Origin: Escherichia phage REP4
DNA length: 64,000 nucleotides
Sequence record: OQ174503.1
Reading direction: 5' to 3' (one strand)
A program made the translations under genes and the position numbers. Of this stretch, positions 53,596-63,838 are shown in pieces. Position 1 is the first letter of the stretch. Each line of letters starts with the position of its first letter. Below the pieces are notes generated by a model. The model had not been told where the DNA came from. It made no database searches and was given only the letters and a program-made list of their open reading frames with translations.

Positions 53596-53625
53596 ATAGT
53601 ACCACAGTATGCTTTGGTTGTAAAC
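53596..53625 (-). promoter_or_regulatory. Early promoter cassette for motA, copy 2 of 3
   Basis: rc ATAGTA ...17 nt... TGTAAAC; near-identical to 36421-36450 and 57643-57672. Confidence 0.5.
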
Positions 53626-53655
53626 CGTTTTGTGAAAAAATTTTGAAATAAAAAA

Positions 53656-53675
53656 GGGAGAGCCTCGGCTCTCCC
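53656..53675 (-). terminator. Intrinsic terminator hairpin gggagagcCTCGgctctccc
   Basis: 8-bp stem, followed on minus strand by a U-run. Confidence 0.55.
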
Positions 53676-53680
53676 TAAAA

Positions 53681-53830
53681 TTACTGCATGACTGTGATAA
53701 CTGTCATGATAACACGTTGAATGCCGAACGCAAGAAGACCTCCTGCTACGGCTGGAACAACACCTAAACCCGCCAGTAAAATGCTACCAGATACTAATGC
53801 TGCGCTTGTAATACCAATGAATGGACTCAT
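53681..53830 (-). CDS. Small hydrophobic membrane protein (49 aa)
   Basis: Manual ORF MSPFIGITSAALVSGSILLAGLGVVPAVAGGLLAFGIQRVIMTVITVMQ; ATGA overlap with gene 52 stop. Confidence 0.5.
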   Translation of the reverse strand: MSPFIGITSAALVSGSILLAGLGVVPAVAGGLLAFGIQRVIMTVITVMQ

Positions 53831-55155
53831 TTGATTTCCTCTAAATCTTTAGTGTATTCTGTAACTACATCAGTAGTTTTCCAATATTCGTTTTCTTCTT
53901 TCTTAGCTTTAGCTTCTTCAGCAAGTTTCTTTGCTTCGTCGGAAGTCATATGAAAAATATTCATTCCGACTAGTTTATCAACATAAGAAGAATACATCTC
54001 AATTTTAGAAAGTTCTTCGGTCAGTTCTTTGCGAGTTTTACCCTGTACAACGATTTCACCTGAAATTACTTTCTTAATGAAATGTGCCTTGGCAAAGGCT
54101 AAACGAAATGCTGATTCAGTTTCTTTGATTTTGTTATCAATTCGTTTTTGGACATAAGTTTTACGAACTTCAACGAAGTCTTTAATTAAATCAACTACGT
54201 TATCGTAAACTTGTAACTTTCCTTTCTCGTTGATGACTGTAATATTTTGGGAACGACGCTCAATCAACCCGAAGTCTTTCATGATTTTTGCATGGCGTTC
54301 TTCTTCGTTATCGCTCAAAGAATATTCTTTGCGAAATTTAACTTTAAAGCCAAAACCATGCTCACCACAAGCATCATCCCATGTAATGAAGCCCTTATCT
54401 TCAAGCGGGTCTAAGATTTTACTCACATAAGTTTCACGATCATACTTATACGGAATCTCAGTGATATTCATTTGAGTTCGTGAAGTAAACTTGTACGTTC
54501 CACGAATTTCATATTGACCGTCAATTTCAACGACTTCACCACGAAATTCTGGGAATTCTACCTTCGGTTTAGTTACTTTCTTTCCTTGAAGAACTTGTAA
54601 TACAGCTTTCTTAACAGAAGAAACGCTATGAGGAAGAATGTAAGTTGCATAACCAGTTGCAATACCGGAAACACCATTAAGAAGAACAGTAGGAATAATA
54701 GGCAAATAGAAAGCAGGAGGAATGTGTTCTTTATCTTGATGTACCGGAGCATATTCAGTATCTTTATACACGCTATAGAAATTTTTACTTACACGAGCAA
54801 AAATATAACGACTTGCCGCTGCTTTTTGAACAGTACGAGAACCAAAGTTTCCTTGACCATCTAACAAAGGAAAGTTATTATTCCATGTGTTAGCCATCAA
54901 AGCCCCCGCATCTTGTGCAGAGTTTTCGCCATGATGATACCCAAGGTCAGCTACACCACCTGCAATAGAAGCAAGTTTGTGAAACTTATCTTTATTTCCC
55001 CGTGCCAAATCAAGAGCTCGAGCGATAACAAATCGTTGAACTGGCTTAAATCCATCAATCATATTTGGAATAGCACGATTTTCAACCGTGTACATAGCAT
55101 AAGCCAATGCTTCATTATCAATGATACTTTTTAAATCGCGATTATTCAGTTGCAT
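53827..55155 (-). CDS. 52: gp52 topoisomerase II medium subunit
   Basis: 442 aa; GyrA-like active-site region; T4 gp52 length. Confidence 0.95.
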   Translation of the reverse strand: MQLNNRDLKSIIDNEALAYAMYTVENRAIPNMIDGFKPVQRFVIARALDLARGNKDKFHKLASIAGGVADLGYHHGENSAQDAGALMANTWNNNFPLLDGQGNFGSRTVQKAAASRYIFARVSKNFYSVYKDTEYAPVHQDKEHIPPAFYLPIIPTVLLNGVSGIATGYATYILPHSVSSVKKAVLQVLQGKKVTKPKVEFPEFRGEVVEIDGQYEIRGTYKFTSRTQMNITEIPYKYDRETYVSKILDPLEDKGFITWDDACGEHGFGFKVKFRKEYSLSDNEEERHAKIMKDFGLIERRSQNITVINEKGKLQVYDNVVDLIKDFVEVRKTYVQKRIDNKIKETESAFRLAFAKAHFIKKVISGEIVVQGKTRKELTEELSKIEMYSSYVDKLVGMNIFHMTSDEAKKLAEEAKAKKEENEYWKTTDVVTEYTKDLEEIK

Positions 55156-55159
55156 AAAT

Positions 55160-55300
55160 TTACCATACTAGTGAATGTAGTGCCATAATAACATCAGAAA
55201 TGAAAAGCACGACTTGAATTAATCCGAACATTACTCCATAATATAGTGCTACCAATAAAGCAGCAAGGGCTAACGAGTAGCCCAAGATTTTCTTAATCAT
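55160..55300 (-). CDS. Tiny hydrophobic protein (46 aa)
   Basis: Manual ORF MIKKILGYSLALAALLVALYYGVMFGLIQVVLFISDVIMALHSLVW; one predicted TM. Confidence 0.45.
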   Translation of the reverse strand: MIKKILGYSLALAALLVALYYGVMFGLIQVVLFISDVIMALHSLVW

Positions 55301-55445
55301 TTTTATCCAATAATTTAAATAGTGATAAAACTGCTACCATGCCTTGGGCTAAAGATTGTGAAAACACCGAAGTTTCTCCGGTTACTAATGTTCCGACAAA
55401 TACAAATGACCAGCAGAAAAAAGCTATACTATAAACAAATTTCAT
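55293..55445 (-). CDS. Tiny hydrophobic protein (50 aa)
   Basis: Manual ORF MKFVYSIAFFCWSFVFVGTLVTGETSVFSQ...LLDKND; GAGG SD. Confidence 0.45.
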   Translation of the reverse strand: MKFVYSIAFFCWSFVFVGTLVTGETSVFSQSLAQGMVAVLSLFKLLDKND

Positions 55446-55474
55446 AATTTCCTCATTATTAAATATAGGATTTC

Positions 55475-55636
55475 TTAATCATTTTTAATCATCTTAAGTA
55501 AACCGACAAAAGTAGAAAGAACCCAGCCAATAAACAGAAAACTTAAGAATATCGGACCAGGGGTCCATACGCCTAAAAAGAAGCAAACCGAACAGACTAT
55601 AGCCATAATAAGTTCAATAAAAATTAGGATAATCAT
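55475..55636 (-). CDS. Tiny hydrophobic protein (53 aa), possible ac-like
   Basis: Manual ORF MIILIFIELIMAIVCSVCFFLGVWTPGPIFLSFLFIGWVLSTFVGLLKMIKND; GAGG SD. Confidence 0.45.
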   Translation of the reverse strand: MIILIFIELIMAIVCSVCFFLGVWTPGPIFLSFLFIGWVLSTFVGLLKMIKND

Positions 55637-55646
55637 ATTTTCCTCA

Positions 55647-55724
55647 TTAGCGTCCGAAGACGCCTTTAGTTTTAAGATTGTTACGATAGAACTGCATTAC
55701 ATGTTCGTTATGGAAATTACTCAT
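55647..55724 (-). CDS. stp: Stp peptide (25 aa)
   Basis: Manual [28 protein letters not shown] directly after ndd (TAATG overlap), followed by hairpin gcgtcCGAAgacgc. Confidence 0.6.
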
Positions 55725-56179
55725 TAGTATGCCTGCAAAACAAATTTAAAGTTATCAGCCAACATACGGTTCATTTCTTCAAGTGTTTGATACTCAGAAT
55801 GATGATTACGAGTAAACGCTAAAGCTAACTGACCTTTTCCAAATCCCGTCGTCAGAGGTTTCATCTTAGAAGCAGGTAGATAAAATACTGTGTATGGAAC
55901 ATTGTTATTTGCAATAGTACGCGCAAGCTGAGACCGACGCTGACGAATATGACTTAGAACTGCACTGAACCCTTGCTTAGAACGCTGATTACCTACATAA
56001 AATCGTGCAGATACACACGGACTATCAAATGGACCACCAAATTTGCTCACTAAAAAGTAAAATCCAGGGTTAGACAAAATGTCTTTATGCGGAGTTCCAA
56101 AAACCCATTCACCGCCCTTGATTGTACCAATAACAGTTGCGCCTGCATTATTCAGATCAGTAACAGTCATATATTTCAT
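55724..56179 (-). CDS. ndd: Ndd nucleoid disruption protein
   Basis: 151 aa from ATG 56179 (GAGG SD), [25 protein letters not shown]... Confidence 0.9.
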
Positions 56180-56239
56180 TTTAATTTCCTCTAAATTATT
56201 TTCTACTCCAAGGCCGCATGAATACATACGGCCGATAAA

Positions 56240-56455
56240 TTAATCGTCGCAATCGACGCTTAATTCCCAGAACTCTTCTACGGTATAAGTTTCAGTATCA
56301 TTTTCAATACAGAAACGTTCATTACTGTTATTTGCTAAAGTAGCGTTAACTGTCATTTTCTCGCTAGTGCTCTTAAGAGGTGAAATACGAATTAACTGAT
56401 CACCATTATCTAAACAGAAAATTTCACCAACTTTTACATCTTTAAAAATTTTCAT
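56240..56455 (-). CDS. Hypothetical acidic protein (71 aa)
   Basis: Track ORF. Confidence 0.55.
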   Translation of the reverse strand: MKIFKDVKVGEIFCLDNGDQLIRISPLKSTSEKMTVNATLANNSNERFCIENDTETYTVEEFWELSVDCDD

Positions 56456-56570
56456 AATTCACCTCAGGGAGTATAAAATCCAAATGCAGTTGTTGACCAT
56501 CCCATCCAATATGGGATATTTGCGCCAATGTAAAATACAAGAATATAAAACCAAATGCTTAGTAAATTCA

Positions 56571-56768
56571 TTATTTTACACCATTCCAAATTGTTTCAAC
56601 CACAGATTTCAAACCATTTTGGTGAATATCCATTCCGACAACTGCCATCAAATAAATTCCAACTACAACTGAACCCAAGGCGAAAATCAGCATGAAAATG
56701 AATAAAGCTGGAAAAATATTATCGAAAAACCATTCCATAAATGTAAAAGCACTGCGTTTACGCTTCAT
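56571..56768 (-). CDS. Small membrane protein (65 aa from ATG 56768)
   Basis: MKRKRSAFTFMEWFFDNIFPALFIFMLIFALGSVVVGIYLMAVVG...; GAGG SD. Confidence 0.5.
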   Translation of the reverse strand: MKRKRSAFTFMEWFFDNIFPALFIFMLIFALGSVVVGIYLMAVVGMDIHQNGLKSVVETIWNGVK

Positions 56769-56775
56769 ATTTTCC

Positions 56776-56889
56776 TCACATAAATCCAAAGTAAGCGTTT
56801 AATACATCAATCATTAAAACGATTGGGAATATACTCAAAACTACTAGTATTATAACTACATTCCATATAGCTTTAACAATCTTTTTCAT
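56776..56889 (-). CDS. Tiny membrane protein (37 aa)
   Basis: MKKIVKAIWNVVIILVVLSIFPIVLMIDVLNAYFGFM with GGAGG SD; the track ORF is extended upstream through a promoter element. Confidence 0.4.
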   Translation of the reverse strand: MKKIVKAIWNVVIILVVLSIFPIVLMIDVLNAYFGFM

Positions 56890-57132
56890 TTTCTGTTCCT
56901 CCGTAGTTGATAGAGTAATAATACCACAGAGGAACAGTCTTGTAAACAACTTTTTTAAAAATATTCGTAATAAATGTGAATACCAACTACTACTGCTGAA
57001 ACTTGCGCAACCCACCATGCACAAGCAATAAGTACAGAATTCAAAATTTTCATAATAACCTCATCACAAAAGTAAATGTTAAACAAATTAATGGAATACT
57101 AATTAACCAAACAAAACACCACCATAATGAAC

Positions 57133-57405
57133 TCATAGTTCAATCTCAGCGATTTTCATTTCATTACTATTAATAGCCGCTTTAAGACTATCTGAAAGAA
57201 TTACATTCCAGTGGTCATTCATATGACCATTAACTAAGCGTGTAATTTCTTCGGGAGTTGAAAAATAAGGCGTATCAGACTCCCAATGCGATAGTCCCAA
57301 GCGAGTATAAATCATACCTTCATCATCGCTAGAATATTCAACTGACACAAACTCATCAGTTATTTTATGTTTAGCGTAATAAAATTTAAATTTCATTTTA
57401 CTCAA
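57133..57405 (-). CDS. Hypothetical protein (90 aa)
   Basis: Track ORF. Confidence 0.55.
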   Translation of the reverse strand: MSKMKFKFYYAKHKITDEFVSVEYSSDDEGMIYTRLGLSHWESDTPYFSTPEEITRLVNGHMNDHWNVILSDSLKAAINSNEMKIAEIEL

Positions 57406-57608
57406 TAATCCGCTAAAAGATCGACGATTGCATCACGAAGACACTTATTCGCAATACGTTTAAGAGCAATTTCAGTTTCTGGAGCATTTTGAATAATCAT
57501 CGAATTCAATTCAACCTCAGCAAACTGAAGTTCTTTAACTAATTCAGCTTTATATTTTCCTTGCCCTTTCTTAGCTTTTGCTCGTTTTAATTCAGCCGTA
57601 GTAAACAT
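57402..57608 (-). CDS. Hypothetical basic protein (68 aa from ATG 57608)
   Basis: MFTTAELKRAKAKKGQGKYKAELVKELQF...; GGAG SD; track ORF extended through promoter repeat. Confidence 0.55.
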   Translation of the reverse strand: MFTTAELKRAKAKKGQGKYKAELVKELQFAEVELNSMIIQNAPETEIALKRIANKCLRDAIVDLLADY

Positions 57609-57642
57609 TTTATTCTCCAAATCCGTATCAGTTGATAGTTGT

Positions 57643-57672
57643 ATAGTACCACAGTCCTTGTGGTATGTAAAC
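57643..57672 (-). promoter_or_regulatory. Early promoter cassette, copy 3 of 3
   Basis: rc ATAGTA ...17 nt... TGTAAAC immediately after denB stop. Confidence 0.5.
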
Positions 57673-57688
57673 CGTTTTGTGAAAATTT

Positions 57689-58246
57689 TTAAATGGAAAG
57701 ATACCATCCGCTGTAGTTGCTTTTTCTTACAACCTTACGAAGGTCTTCTCTATCACCGATGAACTTCGGAGTGTACTGGATGACACCTGGGTGAATTTCT
57801 TTAGTGTTGAATATAATTATACAGTCAGCGACCTGATGATTCAGAATGGGCCCTAGATTTATTCCAGAACCGTATGGATACTCTCCGCTGCATCCTGTTG
57901 TTACAGAAATCCAACGTGAGTCAGTTTGATGTGTCTTAACTTCTACACGAAGCCCGCAGTATCTTGGATGCGCCAATACATCCCATGCGTATGTATACGG
58001 GTCATTAACATCCTCTTGGCCTTTGTTAACATACCCGCTTAACCAATCTGCTACAAAAAACTCTGCATACACAGCGATACGGCATCTTTCGATGACTTCT
58101 GCTTTATCCTGATTAGGATTTTGCTTTAAAGAGTATCTTGCTGTATCAGCAATTTTGACCTTCATTTCACTAGTCAAGTCATTGTTCGACATGGTAAATG
58201 CCGGAATCTGAAATAGTCTCTGTAAACCCGGATTCGTTTTCTGCAT
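57689..58246 (-). CDS. denB: Endonuclease IV
   Basis: 185 aa ORF at the T4 denB position and length; identity by recall. Confidence 0.75.
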   Translation of the reverse strand: MQKTNPGLQRLFQIPAFTMSNNDLTSEMKVKIADTARYSLKQNPNQDKAEVIERCRIAVYAEFFVADWLSGYVNKGQEDVNDPYTYAWDVLAHPRYCGLRVEVKTHQTDSRWISVTTGCSGEYPYGSGINLGPILNHQVADCIIIFNTKEIHPGVIQYTPKFIGDREDLRKVVRKSNYSGWYLSI

Positions 58247-58332
58247 TAAACTTTCCTTTTACGTCGGAATCACTGATATTCATACAATAAATCATAACTT
58301 CCCTTAAAACAAAAGGGCCGAAGCCCCTTATT

Positions 58333-58527
58333 TTATTTGAATTGTGCAATTCTTTTTTCTAAACAATCTGCGTAAGATTTCATTGAGATGAACTGTGAAA
58401 GCAGTAATTCTTGCTCAACTGCATTAACCGTTGAAAACTTTTCACTTTCTAAAAATTTGCTCAGCGCATTAATTTTGAGCATTAATTGATCGTATTCTTC
58501 TTTTACTCGTGCTTGATAACCTAACAT
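58333..58527 (-). CDS. Hypothetical protein (64 aa)
   Basis: Track ORF flanked by GAAG-loop hairpins. Confidence 0.55.
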   Translation of the reverse strand: MLGYQARVKEEYDQLMLKINALSKFLESEKFSTVNAVEQELLLSQFISMKSYADCLEKRIAQFK

Positions 58528-58555
58528 AATTTTCCTTAGTTAAGGGCCGAAGCCC

Positions 58556-59494
58556 TTATTTGAATTGTTCAGTAACGTCTTCAACTACTTCGTATTGGCA
58601 AGTACGCATTTTAGCATCGTTGTAATCAATCGGAATTGATACTACATCGCGAGGATGCACTTTAACTTTTACAACTCGACTGGTTGAACTACCAAAGTGA
58701 CGAATATAAGATTTAGAACACACATGCAGACCACGAGAACAAGTTTGTGTATCATCGTCATTCACACGAGTACGTGGCATTTTAACTACTTTACCAGGAC
58801 TGTTATCAAAAGTATTTGAATGGCAGTCAAAGTAATTACTGCGAACTACTTTCCAAGCATAGAAGTAACCGTCTTCTGTAATTTCAATATCGTTTGCTAC
58901 CAAGAAATCAAAGAGTCGAGATACCGCTTTTTGGCTTGGGTTTTCCAGCAGATTTTCCAAGAACGGAAAATAAAATTCAAAGTTTTCGCCTTTTTCCATC
59001 GAATCGAGAATACGATCAACTAAACCAGACCGCAATTCAATGTTTTGATAGAACAAGCTTCCACCTTCAATTCGAACATCACCGGAAATATATTTTTCAA
59101 CAGCGCGACGAACGTTAATTTTTTGTGCTGCTTCTTCCAATTTATCTGCAACAAGCAGGTTAAGAATTTCCTGGAAGTTTGAATGAGTATTAGGAGTTGC
59201 GTTATAAGTTACGCCGTCAACAGTAATTGAAATGAATTTTTTAGATGCATTCCAAATAATGTCAGATTTAGCAACTGGAGCAATAGCTACATCACTCTTA
59301 ACTTCAACTGTAATGTCACCGCTAATAGTAACTTTGGAGCGTTCAGCTTCTTCAGCATTTTTCAAAACACGACGGATGGTGTCAACCGATACATCTTTCC
59401 AATAAGCCAATTCCTGTTGGGTATAATTACCGCTTGAATACAGTTTAACAATTTCAGCTTGTTCGTTTTTGGTCAGGCATTTAATATTGTACAT
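58556..59494 (-). CDS. rIIB: rIIB membrane-associated protein
   Basis: 312 aa, MYNIKCLTKNEQAEIVKLYSSGNYTQQELA... Confidence 0.95.
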   Translation of the reverse strand: MYNIKCLTKNEQAEIVKLYSSGNYTQQELAYWKDVSVDTIRRVLKNAEEAERSKVTISGDITVEVKSDVAIAPVAKSDIIWNASKKFISITVDGVTYNATPNTHSNFQEILNLLVADKLEEAAQKINVRRAVEKYISGDVRIEGGSLFYQNIELRSGLVDRILDSMEKGENFEFYFPFLENLLENPSQKAVSRLFDFLVANDIEITEDGYFYAWKVVRSNYFDCHSNTFDNSPGKVVKMPRTRVNDDDTQTCSRGLHVCSKSYIRHFGSSTSRVVKVKVHPRDVVSIPIDYNDAKMRTCQYEVVEDVTEQFK

Positions 59495-59505
59495 AATTTT
59501 CCTTA

Positions 59506-61683
59506 TTAGGCCGCAAGGGCCTTCATAGTTTTAGCGATTTGGGAAACTTCATCATCACTTAAAGAGTTGCGATAACCGATGAAGTCGGAAACAATACGGA
59601 ATTTCTTGGTAAACTCAGCAACCATTTTATCACTGTTTTTTGAAGCATTATTTGATAATACATCAAAAAGATTAGTTACTGTCCAGATGTCATGACCAAT
59701 GGTATCTTTTCCACCATTAAAATATACACCCTGTAATGAACTAACCATATTAGCGAGTCGTGTATATTCTTCAGAAACTTCATCTACACTGAAGTACTTC
59801 ATCATAAAATCTAACTCAGGATACTTGATAATTTTATCAATATATCGTTTAGCTGAACTTGAATAACCTACATACTTATCATAATCTACATCATCAAAAG
59901 CATCTACATATAAATCACGCAGAGTTTCAAAAATACATTGGCACTGACCAAGTTCTTTTACCTTTTTCTGCAAAAGCGGACGAATAACATAAAATTCATT
60001 AATGCCAATAAGATTAGCCATACGAGTCAAAATACTCGTAGATGGATGACAAAGCGATGTAGTACCATCCATAGAGAAAATATCAGAACGATGCATGTAT
60101 GCTACATAACCAGTAATTTCATCTGCTTCTGACGTAAGTGTAAATAGTTCCTCTTTTTCCCAGCGTCCGTCTTTAATTTCAAACTTAAATGCAGTAGCAG
60201 CTTTAGGACGAGGAGCTTTACTTTTAACTGCCTTCGGAATATAACTTTTAACTAAAGCTTCAATTTCTGACAAATAATGAATGTTAACTTCATCACTTTC
60301 AAACATTGCCATAATATCAGGAAGCAAATCAATCTGCGATTCTACTTCCGGATTAATAAACAAAAGGCGTTCATTGTGATGAATATTCAAAGTGTTATTA
60401 AATTCGCTATCATCTAATGCACGTGCTAATCCACGGACAATATTAACACGATTTTTAATATTATCAATAATGATATTAATTTTTGTTGTGTTAATACCAA
60501 ACAGACGATAACTTGATGCAACGGCTGAAGTTTCATGGCTTTGCTTAATGCGTTTCAGTCGAGGGTCAAGATTTACTTCATACACAACTCCTGCATTGCA
60601 TAACTTACTGTCAGGTTCAAACATGCTTTGCATCTTCTTATATGACAGATTTTTAGTCGTGAATTTGACCGAATTACTAATCATATAATCTCGAGCAGAA
60701 TATCCCATCTTCATTAATTCACGGTATGTATGACGAGGAGATGTAGATTCTTTAAATCGTTTTACATCTTCATTGAATGCCTTTTCACTAAGCTCTTTAA
60801 CACGCTCAATAATATTTTTACGAGTACGATCATCTAATGAAAGAGCTTCGCGTGATGGAGCAATATCAAGTGAACCCATTGGAAACTTAATGTAATTCAC
60901 TTCATTGCGGATGCTTAACCAGTTACGATCTCTAATAACACCTTCGATAGGATAAACAATGCCGCCATAGATAGCATACAATCCACCGCGATCTGGCCAG
61001 TATCTTTCTGGATTTACGCCGTAATAATCATCAAAATCCGGAAAATAATCAATTTCGCGGTCAAGACCGTTAATGATAGCTAAATCTTTGAATGGTCGCA
61101 TGATATAAGAAACTTCATAAGCAAAGTTTCTAAAATCTTTTTCTTCAACTGGAACTACGATTTCAATACCAGTTTTATCATTTGGACCCATTTCTTTTAC
61201 GAATGTAGGTTTAATTTGCGGACCGTCACCATCCATGTAAGCTACATAACCGCGAATTTCGCCTTTATGATATGAAGTAATACTGAATGTATCAGTATAA
61301 CTAAACGGGGATTTAGAACCTAAACCAAATCCGCCAATGAAATCGTTAGATTCAGCCTTAGATGAACTAAAGTATGAATTATACAACCCAGGAGAATTAT
61401 CATCACCCTGAATATCAAAATCGCTCATACCCGGACCAAAATCTCGACAAACAAATCGCGGATCTAATCGTCCTGGAACTTGAATGATAAATTTTTCAGG
61501 ATTTCCATTGAGAGCATGGGCATCAATCATGTTGGTAATCAATTCACGGACTACTGCACGAATCTTGTTTGTATACAAATCAGATGATAGAATTTTAAAT
61601 ACTTTAGGATTTGCTGCGATGCTAAATGCTTTTGATTTAGAACCATTACCAAGAATTGTTTCTTTTTCAGTGGTGATAATCAT
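59506..61683 (-). CDS. rIIA: rIIA protein (GHKL-type ATPase fold)
   Basis: 725 aa; N-terminal [10 protein letters not shown] Bergerat-fold motif. Confidence 0.97.
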   Translation of the reverse strand: MIITTEKETILGNGSKSKAFSIAANPKVFKILSSDLYTNKIRAVVRELITNMIDAHALNGNPEKFIIQVPGRLDPRFVCRDFGPGMSDFDIQGDDNSPGLYNSYFSSSKAESNDFIGGFGLGSKSPFSYTDTFSITSYHKGEIRGYVAYMDGDGPQIKPTFVKEMGPNDKTGIEIVVPVEEKDFRNFAYEVSYIMRPFKDLAIINGLDREIDYFPDFDDYYGVNPERYWPDRGGLYAIYGGIVYPIEGVIRDRNWLSIRNEVNYIKFPMGSLDIAPSREALSLDDRTRKNIIERVKELSEKAFNEDVKRFKESTSPRHTYRELMKMGYSARDYMISNSVKFTTKNLSYKKMQSMFEPDSKLCNAGVVYEVNLDPRLKRIKQSHETSAVASSYRLFGINTTKINIIIDNIKNRVNIVRGLARALDDSEFNNTLNIHHNERLLFINPEVESQIDLLPDIMAMFESDEVNIHYLSEIEALVKSYIPKAVKSKAPRPKAATAFKFEIKDGRWEKEELFTLTSEADEITGYVAYMHRSDIFSMDGTTSLCHPSTSILTRMANLIGINEFYVIRPLLQKKVKELGQCQCIFETLRDLYVDAFDDVDYDKYVGYSSSAKRYIDKIIKYPELDFMMKYFSVDEVSEEYTRLANMVSSLQGVYFNGGKDTIGHDIWTVTNLFDVLSNNASKNSDKMVAEFTKKFRIVSDFIGYRNSLSDDEVSQIAKTMKALAA

Positions 61684-61693
61684 AATTTCCTCA

Positions 61694-61897
61694 TTAATTC
61701 ATATTGCGTTTAATAACTTCAGCAACTTCTAGTAGTTCATCTTTAGTTGCAGTGTCGGATTGAATTTTATCTCTAATGTCCTTAAAGCGGTTTTTAAACT
61801 CTTCGGCTTCTCCCATATCGAAAAAGCGTTGAATGATTCTATATTCTCGATGAACTGCTTTATCAAAAAGTTCTAAATTTACTCTATATGATTTCAT
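61694..61897 (-). CDS. Hypothetical protein (rIIA.1 position, 67 aa)
   Basis: Track ORF. Confidence 0.6.
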   Translation of the reverse strand: MKSYRVNLELFDKAVHREYRIIQRFFDMGEAEEFKNRFKDIRDKIQSDTATKDELLEVAEVIKRNMN

Positions 61898-61951
61898 TTC
61901 AATATCCTCATTTACCCAATTAATTATACCACATCCTTGTGGTAAAGTAAA

Positions 61952-63772
61952 CTACTGGCTCATCCATTCTTTACGAAGGTCAGCATTATCTCCCATGAGC
62001 ATTTCAAAAAGCTCTTTCCAATTCTCAGGAAGTTTAACAACATCATATACTGGATTTTGAATCATCTCACGATATTCAGATTTTTCCAAAGAGCCAAGTC
62101 CTTTAATATAACGGATGCTATGTTTAGGTAGAGCATCTTTGGCACTCTCATATTCAGCGACTGTATAAAACCATTCTTGTTTTTTACCGACCTGAGCGAT
62201 GATTACAGGAGTTTTGACAAAGCGAATTCTTCCTTGTTCAAACAATTCTGGCCAATTACTAAAAAATCCGAGCAGAGAAGGATAAATGCTTCCTAGACCA
62301 TCATGGTCAGCATCAGTCATAATAGCAATATTATGATAATTCAAGTTTTCGGCTTTTTCACCAAGAACTAATCCAGTGATTGCGCAAATATCAAACAGTT
62401 CTTTGTTTTTAAGCATATCAGCATATGACATACCCCAACTGTTGAGAACTTTACCACGCAATGGATAACCGCCATGAAGTTCTTTATCACGAACATCAAT
62501 AAGATATCCGATAGCAGAATCACCCTCAGTCAAGAAAAGAGTAGTGTCAGCATCTTTACCACAAAGATTCGCTTTAATATGTTTATGAACCTTAGCTTTA
62601 GAGGCCTTTTTAGCTGCTTTAGTTTCAGCTGCTTTTTCTGCCGCCAATTTACGAGCCAAGGCAGCTTCAATAATTGGCATTAAAATTGCTTCATTATTCA
62701 AAATAGCACGTGAAATCTTTTTAGCATCAAGCTGAATATGACTACGGATTTCACCAAATGGAGAAGTCAAACGCTCTTTAGTTTGAGAATCAAATCGCAT
62801 GTTTTTCATATCACGAACAAACATAACGATAGTCAAGCATTCTTTAACACGTGCTTTAGTTACATCAATTTTGAATTTACGTTTGATTTGTGGAATAAGG
62901 TCTTCACAAATATCATCCATAACACAGTCAATATGATGGCCACCATTCTTAGTATGAATGTTATTGACGTATGTTAATTGACGAAAACCATCAGGTGAAC
63001 GACCGACCGCAATAGAACAATTTTCTTGTTCTTGAACAATAGCATGTTCATCATATTGGCGTGCATATTTCTTAAAATTACCCTGAACCTTTTTACCATT
63101 AAATGTAAATTGAATATCAGGATAAACTACTGCAAGTGTCTGGAGACGATCCAGTGTAATGTCAAGATAAACTTGAGATAGCTCATTAGTTTCAAATGAC
63201 ATAAAATCAGGAATGAAAGTAACGCGAGTTCCTTTCCATTTTCCAGGAATATCTTCCCACGATTTATTTTCCATGCCGTTTGAACAACGAACTACAATAT
63301 TATTTTGACCATCACCAGTTTCACCGACAAACATCACAGAAAAAATGTTAGTTAAACTAGAACCAACACCGTTCATACCACCAGTGACGCGTTCTTTATC
63401 ATCACCGAAGTTACCACCTGCTTTTGGAATAGTCCATGCAGCAACTGGACCAGGAATTTCTTCACCAGTAGGTGTTTTAACCATCGCCTGCGGAATACCA
63501 CGACCGTTATCTTCAACTGTTACTTGATTGTTTTTAATAGTAACATTAATTTTATTTGCGAATTTAAACTTAGTACGAATACCTTCATCTACTGAGTTAT
63601 CGATAATTTCATCAATAAGCTTAACAAGACCAGGTACATACTGAACACTTTCCCATTTACCAAACAGAAAGCGCTCATGCATTTCATTAGCAGAAGAACC
63701 AATGTACATGCCGCTACGCTTTTTGATATGTTCAATATCGCTCAGAATTTTAATTTCATTCTTAATCATCAC
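61952..63772 (-). CDS. 39: Topoisomerase II large (ATPase/Toprim) subunit, unsplit gene 39
   Basis: 606 aa continuous ORF covering GHKL ATPase (EIIDNSVDEG), transducer and Toprim (LFLTEGDSA, DADHDG) regions. Confidence 0.95.
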   Translation of the reverse strand: MMIKNEIKILSDIEHIKKRSGMYIGSSANEMHERFLFGKWESVQYVPGLVKLIDEIIDNSVDEGIRTKFKFANKINVTIKNNQVTVEDNGRGIPQAMVKTPTGEEIPGPVAAWTIPKAGGNFGDDKERVTGGMNGVGSSLTNIFSVMFVGETGDGQNNIVVRCSNGMENKSWEDIPGKWKGTRVTFIPDFMSFETNELSQVYLDITLDRLQTLAVVYPDIQFTFNGKKVQGNFKKYARQYDEHAIVQEQENCSIAVGRSPDGFRQLTYVNNIHTKNGGHHIDCVMDDICEDLIPQIKRKFKIDVTKARVKECLTIVMFVRDMKNMRFDSQTKERLTSPFGEIRSHIQLDAKKISRAILNNEAILMPIIEAALARKLAAEKAAETKAAKKASKAKVHKHIKANLCGKDADTTLFLTEGDSAIGYLIDVRDKELHGGYPLRGKVLNSWGMSYADMLKNKELFDICAITGLVLGEKAENLNYHNIAIMTDADHDGLGSIYPSLLGFFSNWPELFEQGRIRFVKTPVIIAQVGKKQEWFYTVAEYESAKDALPKHSIRYIKGLGSLEKSEYREMIQNPVYDVVKLPENWKELFEMLMGDNADLRKEWMSQ

Positions 63773-63838
63773 TTATCCTCGTTTGGTTTCGGGAATATTA
63801 TACTCCGGTAATCATAAAGCTAAAGGCCCGAAGGCCTT

